From: Planctomycetota bacterium
GTDB lineage: Bacteria; Planctomycetota; UBA1135; UBA2386
Length of the DNA stretch: 42,563 bases
Assembly (NCBI GenBank): GCA_040375075.1
Contig: JBEITC010000002.1
Coordinates: forward strand, 1 to 42,563
Reading direction: 5' to 3'
This document shows positions 10,711-19,637 of this stretch, piece by piece. The position numbers and the translations under genes were made by a program. How positions within the stretch are numbered: position 1 is the first letter of the stretch; every line of letters starts with the position of its first letter. The notes under the pieces were generated by a model that was not told the DNA's origin, did no database searches, and saw only the letters and a program-made list of their open reading frames with translations.

Positions 10711-11426
10711 CGCAACAGCGTCGCGAGGCCGGCGACCGGCAGCGGGCCGTCGTGCACGAACGCTTCGCCGCGGGCCACGCCGATCGAAGCGCCGTGGAAG
10801 CGGTCGCGCACCTCGGCGCGCTCGACGACGTCGAGCCCCAGCACGAGGTGGCCGCGGTCCGGCGGGTTGGTCTGCGAGCGGTAGCAGCGCACGACCTCGT
10901 CCTTGCGCGCGGCGACGGCGCTGACGTCGACGACGAGCGACGGCACGGGCTGGCGGTTGCCCGGGTAGCGCAGGAACAACCGCGGCCGCCACGGCGCGCC
11001 GAGTTGCGGCTGGTGGTTCTTGAGTCCGGCGAGGAACCACGCGCGCTCGAGCAGCTTCGCCGCCGCCACGTGGTCGGGGTGCACGTCGTGCGCCAGCGGG
11101 CCGAGCAGCAGCTTCGGCTTCGCCTGCCGCAGCGCCGCGACCAGCAGGTCGCAGCCGCGCTCGTCGTCCTCGCGCACGCCGGCGTCGGGCAACCCGAGGT
11201 TGGCGCGGAAGGCGCAACCGAGCCGTTGCGCCGCCGCCGCGGCCTCCGCGTCGCGGTCCTGCTGCGTGCCGCGCGAGCCCTTCTCGCCGCGCGTGCAGTC
11301 GACGACGCCGACCGTCAGGCCGGCGTCGCGCAACTGCAGCAGCGTGCCGGCGGCCGCGATCTCGACGTCGTCCGGGTGCGGCCCGACGGCGAGCGCGTCG
11401 CACGGGACCACGACGAGGCCAGTCAC
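10707..11426 (-). CDS. bshB: Bacillithiol biosynthesis deacetylase BshB (PIG-L/LmbE family)
   Basis: 239 aa. Has the PIG-L motif VGPHPDDVEIAAAGT and a downstream HPDH motif. The GTG start at 11426 overlaps the bshC TGA as GTGA. The rest of the 670-aa track ORF is an out-of-frame read-through of bshC. Confidence 0.85.
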   Translation of the reverse strand: MTGLVVVPCDALAVGPHPDDVEIAAAGTLLQLRDAGLTVGVVDCTRGEKGSRGTQQDRDAEAAAAAQRLGCAFRANLGLPDAGVREDDERGCDLLVAALRQAKPKLLLGPLAHDVHPDHVAAAKLLERAWFLAGLKNHQPQLGAPWRPRLFLRYPGNRQPVPSLVVDVSAVAARKDEVVRCYRSQTNPPDRGHLVLGLDVVERAEVRDRFHGASIGVARGEAFVHDGPLPVAGLATLLR

Positions 11427-12988
11427 GACGCGCCGATCTCCAGCATGCCGTGCTCGACCAGGAACGGATCGGCGGCGGCGACCAGCGCGTCGGCGATCTT
11501 GACGCCGTAGGCGTTGAGGTACTGCAGCGGGCCGAGCACGCGCTCCTGGATGCGGTTGCGCGGCCGCAGCGTGCTGCACAGGCGGCGCAGCTGCTTGATG
11601 CCGGTGCCCTCGCGGTTCTGGCGGGCGTTGCGCACCTTCTGCTGCAGGCGCTCGATCTCCTCGACCGACTTGCTGCGCGCGCGATCGAGCGCGGCGAGCA
11701 TCGACGCGTCGATCGCCTCGAGCTTGCTGCTGATGCTCGCGAGGCTCTCCTGGATGCGCGCCTGCAGGCCGTCGAGCGACTCCTCGATCTCGTCGCCGTC
11801 GTCGCCGGCGAGCAGCTTCTCGGCGAGCTTCTCCGGCGGCTGGTCGAGGTCGGGCAGGTCGAGCGAGAAGCGCGACAGCAGGCGCTGCATCGACGGCTCG
11901 ACCAGCGTCAGCGACGCGCGCGGCACGAACACCGGCATCGGCACGCCGAGCAGCTTGTAGAGCGGCGCGATCGTGCACAGGTACGACAGCTCGCCCGGGC
12001 CGACGACGAACGCCAGCGTCGGCAGGATGGCGTCCTGCCACAGCGGCCGCAGCAGCACGCCCGGGCTGAGGTCGGCGACCTTGCCGTACTCCTCGCCGTC
12101 GCCGAGCGGCTGGCGGATGCCGCCGGTCAGCTCGAACATCATCGTCGTCGCGGGATCGAGCGTGACGTCGATGCCGACGTCGCCGAGGTCGTCGCACGTC
12201 TGCTTGACCTTGTCGCGGATCTGATGGCTCTTCTGCCACCAGCCCTGCAGCGGCTCGAACGCCGCCGCCGGCAGGTCGCGCGGCTCGACGATCACGAGGC
12301 CGTGGTGGCCGAACGCCGCGAACAGCAGGCGCGCCATCTGGCCGCCCAGCGTCTCGCCGTCGGACTTCGGCGCCAGCAGCTGCAGCAGCCAGTCGCGGTT
12401 GGCGGACGGCGGCAGCAGCGGCTCGATCTCGACCAGCAGCTTGCGCACCTCGGCGCCGGCGGCGATCGCGCGCAGCGGCTCGTTGGTGCGCGTCAGGTCG
12501 AGGCGGAAGCGCTGCACTTCCTGCTGCTGGTTGACCAGGAACAGGCGGTTGGCCTCCTCGAGGTCGTGGTCGTCGCTGTGGTTCCAGAACACCGGCACGA
12601 CCTTGGGCGCGCCCGGCGTCGCCGCGAGCTCGCGGCACAGCCGGATCGCCGTGGCGACCGTGTGGAAGGTGAACAGCGGGCCGCCGAACAGGCCGGGCTG
12701 CTGGCCGGTGACGACGCACTGCGCGCCCGGGTCGCGCAGCGTCGTGATCGCCGCGAGCGACTCCGTCGGCGCGCCGTGGCGCTCCGCGTACGCCTGCAGC
12801 GCGTCGCAGACGGCGCCGCGCGGCACGAGGCGCTCGCCGGGCTTCGGCGCGCGCTGCAGCATCTCGGCGATGGTCCGCGGCCGCATGCCGAGGAACGGGC
12901 TCAGGTCGTGGTCGTTCTCGAGGTAGCGCTGGTGGACCTCGGCGGTGCCGAGGCGACGGAACGAGATCGGGCGGATGGTCGAGGTCAC
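11423..12988 (-). CDS. bshC: Bacillithiol biosynthesis protein BshC (putative cysteine ligase)
   Basis: 521 aa. Has the signature VVTGQQPGLFGGPLFTFHTVATAI and a coiled-coil-like C-terminus. The GTG start at 12988 overlaps the pyrF TGA as GTGA. Confidence 0.85.
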   Translation of the reverse strand: MTSTIRPISFRRLGTAEVHQRYLENDHDLSPFLGMRPRTIAEMLQRAPKPGERLVPRGAVCDALQAYAERHGAPTESLAAITTLRDPGAQCVVTGQQPGLFGGPLFTFHTVATAIRLCRELAATPGAPKVVPVFWNHSDDHDLEEANRLFLVNQQQEVQRFRLDLTRTNEPLRAIAAGAEVRKLLVEIEPLLPPSANRDWLLQLLAPKSDGETLGGQMARLLFAAFGHHGLVIVEPRDLPAAAFEPLQGWWQKSHQIRDKVKQTCDDLGDVGIDVTLDPATTMMFELTGGIRQPLGDGEEYGKVADLSPGVLLRPLWQDAILPTLAFVVGPGELSYLCTIAPLYKLLGVPMPVFVPRASLTLVEPSMQRLLSRFSLDLPDLDQPPEKLAEKLLAGDDGDEIEESLDGLQARIQESLASISSKLEAIDASMLAALDRARSKSVEEIERLQQKVRNARQNREGTGIKQLRRLCSTLRPRNRIQERVLGPLQYLNAYGVKIADALVAAADPFLVEHGMLEIGAS

Positions 12989-13866
12989 GGGTTGCCTTGC
13001 ACGGGTGTACGGCCGAGGGCGACGGCGCGGCATTCGACGGCGAAGGCCGCGGCGGCGGCTTCGATGCGATCGAGCCAGTCGTGCGCGTCGGGCTTGAAGC
13101 ACTGCATCACGCCTCGGCTCTGGTTGACCAGCGCGCCGAGGCCTTGCTTGTCGAACGCCGCGGCGAGGTCGGCGACCTTGCCGCCCTGCGCGCCGACGCC
13201 GGGGAGCAGCAGCCAGCTGTGCGGCAGGAGCCCGCGCAGCCGCGCGAGTTCTTGCGGCCACGTCGCCCCCACCACCGCGCCTACCGGCGAGTAGCCGTGC
13301 GACTGCGGCAGGTCCTGGCCCCAGCGCGTGACGGCGCGGGCGACGACGTCGCACAGCGGTTCGCCGCCCACCATCAGGTCCTGGAAGTCCTTGGCGCCGG
13401 GGTTGCTGGTGCGCACCAGCACGAACACGCCGCGGCCCTTGTCGGCGCGGCAGTGGGCGAGGAACGGCTGCGCCGAGTCGAGGCCCAGGTAGGGATGCAG
13501 CGTCACCGCGTCGGCGACGCGGAAGTGGCCCTCGGCGTAGGCCTCGGCGGTCGAGCCGATGTCGCCGCGCTTGACGTCGCCGACGACGAGCAGGCCGTGG
13601 CGTCGGGCCAGCGCGCAGGTCTCCTCGTAGGCGGCATAGCCTTCGGCGCCGAACTGCTCGAAGAACGCGACGTTGGGCTTCACCGCCGGCGCGTGACGGG
13701 CGATCACCGGCATCGCCTCGCGATAGAACGCGAGGATGCGGGTCGCGGGCGACGCGCCGGGTGCGATGGCCGCGGGCAGGGCGTCGAGGCGCGGATCGAG
13801 GCCGATGACGACGGGCGCCTGCCCCCCGAGGACGCGATCCGCCAACGCCGCGACGAAGCTCTGCAT
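12985..13866 (-). CDS. pyrF: Orotidine 5'-phosphate decarboxylase, type 2
   Basis: 293 aa, ATG at 13866. Motifs VIGLDPR and GDVKRGDIGSTAEAY are typical of the long PyrF type. Confidence 0.85.
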   Translation of the reverse strand: MQSFVAALADRVLGGQAPVVIGLDPRLDALPAAIAPGASPATRILAFYREAMPVIARHAPAVKPNVAFFEQFGAEGYAAYEETCALARRHGLLVVGDVKRGDIGSTAEAYAEGHFRVADAVTLHPYLGLDSAQPFLAHCRADKGRGVFVLVRTSNPGAKDFQDLMVGGEPLCDVVARAVTRWGQDLPQSHGYSPVGAVVGATWPQELARLRGLLPHSWLLLPGVGAQGGKVADLAAAFDKQGLGALVNQSRGVMQCFKPDAHDWLDRIEAAAAAFAVECRAVALGRTPVQGNP

Positions 13867-13948
13867 GCGGCGCGACAGACTAGCTGCGTTTCGTCGTGGC
13901 GCGAGATCGCCGCGTCTGATTCTGTAGCCGCCTTACGGAGGCGGACCC

Positions 13949-15085
13949 ATGGCTGTGATCTTCGTGCCGCGGGAGCGCGCCGACGGCGAGGCGCGCGTCG
14001 CTGCGATTCCCGAGACGGTGAAAGGCTTGCTGAAGCTCGGACTGCAAGCGCAGGTCGAGCGCGGCGCCGGCGAACGCGCTGGCTTCCTCGACGCCGACTA
14101 CGCGGCCGCCGGAGCGGTCCTGGTCGACGCGTCGGCGCGCGCGACCGCCGACCTGGTGCTCGGCGTCCAGTGTCCCCCGCCCGAGGCGGCCAAGGGCCAG
14201 AAGGCCGGCTCGCTGCTGGTCTGCACGCTGACCCCGACGATGCAGCTGCCGGCGGTGAAGGCGCTGCGCGACGCCAAGGTCACGGCGATGGGCCTCGAGT
14301 TCATGCCGCGCATCACGCGCGCGCAGAAGATGGACGTGCTCAGCTCGCAGGCGACCTGCGGCGGCTACCAGGCCGTGCTGCTCGCCGCCGTGCACCTGCC
14401 CAAGATGTTCCCGCTGATGATGACGGCGGCCGGCACGATCGCGCCCGCGCGCGTGCTGGTGCTCGGCGCCGGCGTCGCCGGCCTGCAGGCGATCTCGACC
14501 GCGCGCAAGCTCGGCGCGATCGTCGAGGCCAACGACATCCGGCCGGCGGTCAAGGAGCAGGTCGAGTCGCTCGGCGCGAAGTTCGTCGACACCGGCACGC
14601 CGCCCGACGCCGAGACCAAGGGCGGCTACGCCAAGGAGACGGGCGCCGAGTTCCTGAAGAAGCAGCGCGAGATCCTGTCGGCGCACATCGCCCAGGCCGA
14701 CGTGCTCGTCACGACGGCGCTGGTGCCGGGCAAGAAGGCGCCGGTGCTGGTGACCGCCGACATGCGCAAGGGCATGCGCGCCGGCTCGGTGATCGTCGAC
14801 ATGGCCGCGGCGCAGGGCGGCAACGTCGAGGGCTCGGTCGCCGGCCAGCGCGTCGTCGTCGACGGCGTGACGATCCTCGGCGACGCCAACCTGCCGGCGC
14901 AGGTCGCCGCCGACGCTTCGCGCATGTACGCGCGCAACGTGCTCGCCTTCCTCGGCGAGTTCGTCAAGGAGGGCGCGGCGAAGGTCGCGCTCGACAACGA
15001 GATCCTGTCGGCGGTGACGATCGTCCACGACGGCGTCGTCCGCCACGAACCCACCGCGCTGGCGCTCGCCGCGCAAGGAGGCTGA
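13949..15085 (+). CDS. pntAA: NAD(P) transhydrogenase subunit alpha part 1
   Basis: 378 aa, starting MAVIFVPRERADGEARVAAIPETV. Has an alanine-dehydrogenase-like dI domain with a GAGVAGLQAI Rossmann motif. A GGAGG sits 8 nt upstream of the ATG. Confidence 0.93.
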   Translation: MAVIFVPRERADGEARVAAIPETVKGLLKLGLQAQVERGAGERAGFLDADYAAAGAVLVDASARATADLVLGVQCPPPEAAKGQKAGSLLVCTLTPTMQLPAVKALRDAKVTAMGLEFMPRITRAQKMDVLSSQATCGGYQAVLLAAVHLPKMFPLMMTAAGTIAPARVLVLGAGVAGLQAISTARKLGAIVEANDIRPAVKEQVESLGAKFVDTGTPPDAETKGGYAKETGAEFLKKQREILSAHIAQADVLVTTALVPGKKAPVLVTADMRKGMRAGSVIVDMAAAQGGNVEGSVAGQRVVVDGVTILGDANLPAQVAADASRMYARNVLAFLGEFVKEGAAKVALDNEILSAVTIVHDGVVRHEPTALALAAQGG

Positions 15086-15088
15086 GCG

Positions 15089-15373
15089 ATGGACCCGGTC
15101 TTCCTGCTGATCTTCACGTTCGTCATCGCCTCGCTGCTCGGCTTCGAGCTGATCAACAAGGTCCCGCCGACGCTGCACACGCCGCTGATGTCGGGCAGCA
15201 ACGCCATCTCCGGCATCACGGTCGTCGGCGCGCTGATGTGCGCCGAGGCGTCCGAGGGCTGGTTGGCGCAGGCGTTGGCCTTCCTCGCGATCGCGCTGGC
15301 GACGATCAACGCCGTCGGCGGCTACATGGTGACCGACCGCATGCTGGCGTCGTTCAAGAAGAAGGAGAAGTAG
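15089..15373 (+). CDS. pntAB: NAD(P) transhydrogenase subunit alpha part 2 (membrane)
   Basis: 94-aa hydrophobic protein containing HTPLMSGSNAISGITVVGAL. AAGGAGG lies upstream. The start is 3 nt after the pntAA stop. Confidence 0.9.
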   Translation: MDPVFLLIFTFVIASLLGFELINKVPPTLHTPLMSGSNAISGITVVGALMCAEASEGWLAQALAFLAIALATINAVGGYMVTDRMLASFKKKEK

Positions 15374-15374
15374 C

Positions 15375-16772
15375 GTGGACTACCTCTATCTGCTGGCGAC
15401 GCTGCTGTTCGTCTTCGGCGTCAAGCGCATGACCAGCGTGAAGACCTGCCGGCAGGGCAACCGCCTGTCGGAGGTCGGCATGCTCGTCGCGATCGTCGCG
15501 ATCCTGCTGATCAAGGGCGACGTGGTCAGTTGGCCCGTCGCGATCGCCGGCCTGCTGGTCGGCGGCGCGATCGGCCTGCTGATCGCCAAGCGCACGCCGA
15601 CGACGCAGATGCCGGAGATGGTCGCCGCGCTCAACGGCTTCGGCGGCCTGTCGTCGGCGCTGGTCGCGATCGCCTTCCTGCTGATCGACGAGACGCTGAA
15701 GCAGGCCGACAAGACGCTGGTCGACACGGGACTGGTCAACGCCATCAGCACGCCGGCGACGATCGTCATCGGCATGGTGACGTTCACCGGCAGCTTCGTC
15801 GCCTACCTCAAGCTGAGCGGCAAGAAGGTCGCGCACCCGCTCGCCGGCGCCGCGCGCCACGCGCTGCACGCGGCGCTCGGCGTCGCGGCCATCGCGCTCG
15901 GCGTCTGGCAGTGCCTCGCTGGCGACCACTCGGTCATGGCCGTCGCCACCGCGCTGCTGGCCGTCGTCGCCGCCGTCCTCGGCGTGCTGCTGGTCATGCC
16001 GATCGGCGGCGCCGACATGCCGGTCGTCGTGTCGCTGCTCAACAGCTACTCGGGCGTCGCCGGCGCGGCCGCCGGCTTCGTCATCAACAACCCGCTGCTC
16101 GTGGTCGTCGGCTCGCTGGTCGGCACGTCCGGCCTGATCCTCACGCAGATCATGTGCAAGGCGATGAACCGCTCGCTCGGCAACGTGCTGCTCGGCGGCA
16201 TGGGCGAGGAGACGGTCGCCAAGGACGCCAAGGACTACAAGTCGATCAAGTCGGCCCAGCCCGAGGAGATCGCGATGCTGCTCGACGGCGCGACGTCGGT
16301 GGTGTTCGTCCCCGGCTATGGCCTCGCGGTGGCGCAGGCGCAGCACGTCGTGCGCGAGCTCGCCGACCTGCTGCAGAAGCGCGGCGCCGTCGTGCGCTAC
16401 GCCATCCATCCGGTCGCCGGTCGCATGCCGGGCCACATGAACGTGCTGCTCGCCGAGTCGGACGTGCCGTACGAGCAGCTCTGGGAGATGGAGCGCATCA
16501 ACGGCGACTTCAAGAACACCGACGTCGTCATCGTCGTCGGCGCCAACGACGTCGTGAACCCGGCCGCGCGCGAGAACAGCGGCCCGATCGCCGGCATGCC
16601 GATCCTCGACGTCGACCAGGCGCGCACCGTCGTCGTCATCAAGCGCTCGTTGGCGCCGGGCTATGCCGGCATCAAGAACCCGCTGTTCGAGGCGGAGAAC
16701 ACGCTGATGGTGTTCCTCGACGCGAAGGAAGCGCTCGAGGGGATCGTGAAGGAAGTGAAGGAGCTGAAGTAG
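15375..16772 (+). CDS. pntB: NAD(P) transhydrogenase subunit beta
   Basis: 465 aa, GTG start 1 nt after the pntAB stop. Has N-terminal TM helices and a C-terminal dIII NADP(H) domain (GYGLAVAQAQH...VAGRMPGHMNVLLAE...VIVVGANDVVNP). Confidence 0.93.
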   Translation: MDYLYLLATLLFVFGVKRMTSVKTCRQGNRLSEVGMLVAIVAILLIKGDVVSWPVAIAGLLVGGAIGLLIAKRTPTTQMPEMVAALNGFGGLSSALVAIAFLLIDETLKQADKTLVDTGLVNAISTPATIVIGMVTFTGSFVAYLKLSGKKVAHPLAGAARHALHAALGVAAIALGVWQCLAGDHSVMAVATALLAVVAAVLGVLLVMPIGGADMPVVVSLLNSYSGVAGAAAGFVINNPLLVVVGSLVGTSGLILTQIMCKAMNRSLGNVLLGGMGEETVAKDAKDYKSIKSAQPEEIAMLLDGATSVVFVPGYGLAVAQAQHVVRELADLLQKRGAVVRYAIHPVAGRMPGHMNVLLAESDVPYEQLWEMERINGDFKNTDVVIVVGANDVVNPAARENSGPIAGMPILDVDQARTVVVIKRSLAPGYAGIKNPLFEAENTLMVFLDAKEALEGIVKEVKELK

Positions 16773-16789
16773 CCGCGGCAGCGCGACGC

Positions 16790-16809
16790 GCGGTGGCGCG
16801 GTCCACCGC
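16790..16809 (+). terminator. Weak hairpin after pntB (GCGGTGG, 6-nt loop, CCACCGC, then TT)
   Basis: 7-bp stem 18 nt after the pntB stop, read directly. The U-tract is only 2 nt. A second 9-bp hairpin (GACGACCGC/GCGGTCGTC) sits at 16896-16920. Confidence 0.3.
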
Positions 16810-16957
16810 TTCGGCCATGCGCGCCAGCGCAAACCCTTGTTCTGCCGCGGGTTGCCGATCAGGAAGGATGAGGTAGGTTCGTTGCGCTCGTGCGCGACGA
16901 CCGCGCGCGAGGCGGTCGTCCTCGCAGGCGCCGCTTCCCCTGCTTCCAATCGCCAAC

Positions 16958-19393
16958 ATGAATCCTCGCTTCCCGCTCGCGGCCGCCATCCTGGCGTTCG
17001 CCGCCACCGCCGTCGCCCAGTCCAATCGCACGACGACGCAGACCGGCTTCGCGTTCACCGGCGCCACGTTCAACGCCGTCCACAACTACCCGGCCGCCAC
17101 GATCGGCAACATCTCGGCCTTCCTGTGGTCGGGCCCGTTCGCCGGCACGATCCCGCTCTCGGTGCCGGGCTTCACGTTCCTCGGTGACCTGCGCGTCGAT
17201 CCGGCGACGTTCCAGTTGCTCGGCGTCGGCATCACGGACGGCACGGGCTCGGCGTCGATGCCGGTGACGGTGCCGAACTCGCCGGCGGTGCTGGGCGCGG
17301 CGCTCGAGTGCCAGAGCCTCGACATCGACACGACGCAGACGTTCTACATGTCGGCCAACGACATCGCGATCAACGTCGGCGCCGGCATCCCGGGCAACGT
17401 CGCGGTGACCTCGGCGACGACGACGTCGCCGACTGCGGGCAACAACAACCTGCAGCGCATCGGCAACGACGTGTTCGCCGCGCCGCAGAGCTACGGCCAG
17501 CCGCTGTTCAGCTTCCTGCCGGTCCGCCACCGCGGTGACGAAGGCATCGTCGAGGGCTACGCCGGCACGTTCAGCAGCACGTCGCACAACAGCGACATCA
17601 ACTCGGTCGGCTTCGGCCGCAACGGCCGCCGCACGAGCAACGGCGCCTACCAGGCGATCAACCTCGTCAACGGTCGCGAGATCTCGATCATCCGCGACCT
17701 GACCAATCCGAAGCAGTACAGCATCCTGTCGTTCGACCGCGCGACCGGCCTGTCGACGATCATCCCGGGCTCGACGTGGATCGACACCGGCACCGCGACG
17801 GCGCCGACGCAGCAGAACTTCTACTTCGGCTTCTCGCGCGACGGCCAGTGGGGCGCGATCTACCTGAAGGACAGCAACACGACGACCGGCTTCCTGCCGA
17901 AGGTCCTGGCCTTCCGCACCGACGCGACGCAGCCGGCGATCGACATCACGCCGGCTGGCATGACGCTGGCGACTTCGTTCTTCGACGGCTCGCTGGTGTT
18001 CAGCAACGACTTCATCGTCGCCTTCGGCGCCGCCGGCACGTTCTGGACGTCGGCCTCGGCCCCGGCGCAGATGCAGCCGCTGAGCCTCGGCAACACGACG
18101 CTCTCCAACCTGCCGAACGTCTGGGCCTTCCCGCTGGGTTGGCGCGTCTCGCGCGACAACGGCAAGATCTACATGCCGATCAGCAGCAACGCGGCGAACG
18201 CGCGCAGCGAGATGGACATCGTCCAGATCGCCAACAACGCCGGCGTGCCGCAGGTCACCAACTGGACGCAGTTCCCGGCGGCCACCGGCCTCGCCGAATT
18301 CGGCTACGCCAGCATCACGCCGTCGACGGCCAACAACAGTTCGCAGGGCGTCAAGTGCGCGGTCTCGCCGGACGGCAACAAGGTGGCGATCCTCGCCGCG
18401 ACGACGGTCACGACGGCCTTCCCGGGCCTGTACGTCGCCGACGGCACGGCGAACCCGGCGCTCTACACGGTGCCGGGCGCCGTCTACTACAGCGACGTCG
18501 CCTTCATCAACAACACGACCGTCGTGTTCCTCGCCGGCGCGGTCCCCGCGGCGGGCGTCGGCACGGCGCTCTACAAGATCGACCTGACGGCCGGCAACCA
18601 GCTGGGCGTGGTCTCGCAGGTCGCCGCCGCGGCCGACATCAAGTCGCGCGGCTCGTGGTTCTCGGACAACAAGAACTACTGGTACTTCGTCCGCTCGAAC
18701 AACGCGAGCACGCTGAACAACATCATCGGCGTCAACTGCGCCACCGGCACGACGTTCAACGTCACCGGTGACGAGGCCGCGTTCGGCGCGGCCAGCCCGG
18801 TCGGCAACCTCCTGAGCGGCTCGTTCAACGCGACGACCGACCCGTGGTTCGCCCTCGAGATGCAGCTGCGCCGTTCGCCGGTCGGCGGCAACGCGTACTT
18901 CACCGCGCGTCGCGTCAATGCGGCGGGCGTCGAGGACAGCAACGTGTTCGGCTTCGACATGGAGAACGGCGGCCAGGCGGTCGCGCTGACCAGCAACGCG
19001 GCGACCGGCACGGGCGCCGGCTCGGTCATCAACATCGAGAGCCTGACGATCTCGGCCGATGGCAACCACCTCGCGTACACGCAGCGCGTCGGCACGTCGT
19101 CGACGGCGACCACGCCGGAGAACGTCTGGCACCTCAACCTGACGACCAACGTCGCGACGCAGCTGTCGACGTCGAACCCGCTGGGCCAGACGATCACCGA
19201 CGGCTCGGTCCGCTTCGTCGGCGGCGCGAACCCGCAGGGCGTCGTCTGGTCGCTCGGCACGGGCACGGCGACGACGGTCGCCATCGCCAACGGCATCGCG
19301 CAGTACGCCCCGCTGGGCGTCGCGGGCGCGGCGCTGACGATCTCGCCGGCGCCGGCGGGCACGCGCTTCTGGCAGGTCCAGGGCGCGTACTGA
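16958..19393 (+). CDS. Secreted protein of unknown function with probable beta-propeller repeats
   Basis: 811 aa. Sec signal peptide MNPRFPLAAAILAFAATAVA|QS. Composition is rich in T/A/G/N/S and poor in charged residues. PD40/TolB-like strands recur (FSRDGQWGAIY, VSPDGNKVAIL, ISADGNHLAYT). I recognise no catalytic motif. Confidence 0.75.
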   Translation: MNPRFPLAAAILAFAATAVAQSNRTTTQTGFAFTGATFNAVHNYPAATIGNISAFLWSGPFAGTIPLSVPGFTFLGDLRVDPATFQLLGVGITDGTGSASMPVTVPNSPAVLGAALECQSLDIDTTQTFYMSANDIAINVGAGIPGNVAVTSATTTSPTAGNNNLQRIGNDVFAAPQSYGQPLFSFLPVRHRGDEGIVEGYAGTFSSTSHNSDINSVGFGRNGRRTSNGAYQAINLVNGREISIIRDLTNPKQYSILSFDRATGLSTIIPGSTWIDTGTATAPTQQNFYFGFSRDGQWGAIYLKDSNTTTGFLPKVLAFRTDATQPAIDITPAGMTLATSFFDGSLVFSNDFIVAFGAAGTFWTSASAPAQMQPLSLGNTTLSNLPNVWAFPLGWRVSRDNGKIYMPISSNAANARSEMDIVQIANNAGVPQVTNWTQFPAATGLAEFGYASITPSTANNSSQGVKCAVSPDGNKVAILAATTVTTAFPGLYVADGTANPALYTVPGAVYYSDVAFINNTTVVFLAGAVPAAGVGTALYKIDLTAGNQLGVVSQVAAAADIKSRGSWFSDNKNYWYFVRSNNASTLNNIIGVNCATGTTFNVTGDEAAFGAASPVGNLLSGSFNATTDPWFALEMQLRRSPVGGNAYFTARRVNAAGVEDSNVFGFDMENGGQAVALTSNAATGTGAGSVINIESLTISADGNHLAYTQRVGTSSTATTPENVWHLNLTTNVATQLSTSNPLGQTITDGSVRFVGGANPQGVVWSLGTGTATTVAIANGIAQYAPLGVAGAALTISPAPAGTRFWQVQGAY

Positions 19394-19468
19394 GCCCAGC
19401 CGATCGCGGCCATCGGCGCCGCCGGGGTGACCCGGGGCGCCGAGGGAGCGCGAAGCGGTCAGAACACG

Positions 19469-19496
19469 GACGCCGCAGCCCTCGGGCTGCGGCGTC
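19469..19496. terminator. Strong hairpin between convergent genes (GACGCCGCAGCC, loop CTCG, GGCTGCGGCGTC)
   Basis: Perfect 12-bp stem with a 4-nt loop. It is followed by GTCGTTTCC on the plus strand and CGTGTTCT on the minus strand. It lies 76 nt after the stop of the 811-aa gene and about 140 nt after the SWIM gene stop, so it may act bidirectionally. Confidence 0.6.
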
Positions 19497-19637
19497 GTCG
19501 TTTCCGGGGCGGTGGCGCGGCGCCTGGACTGCGCGCGAGCCGCTGCGATCAGGTCACGCCCGGCTTGCTGCTCCGCGCGGTCGCGGCGTCGGTGGCCAGG
19601 GATCCGGCGAGGCGGGAAACGGCTCGCCGCGCGCGCG

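Noticed and set aside
10132-10884. A plus-strand ORF that translates the 12-bp array as an (LPVA)n repeat protein.
   Set aside because: It runs antisense to parA and bshB and has junk composition outside the repeat. The array is better explained as an intergenic tandem repeat.
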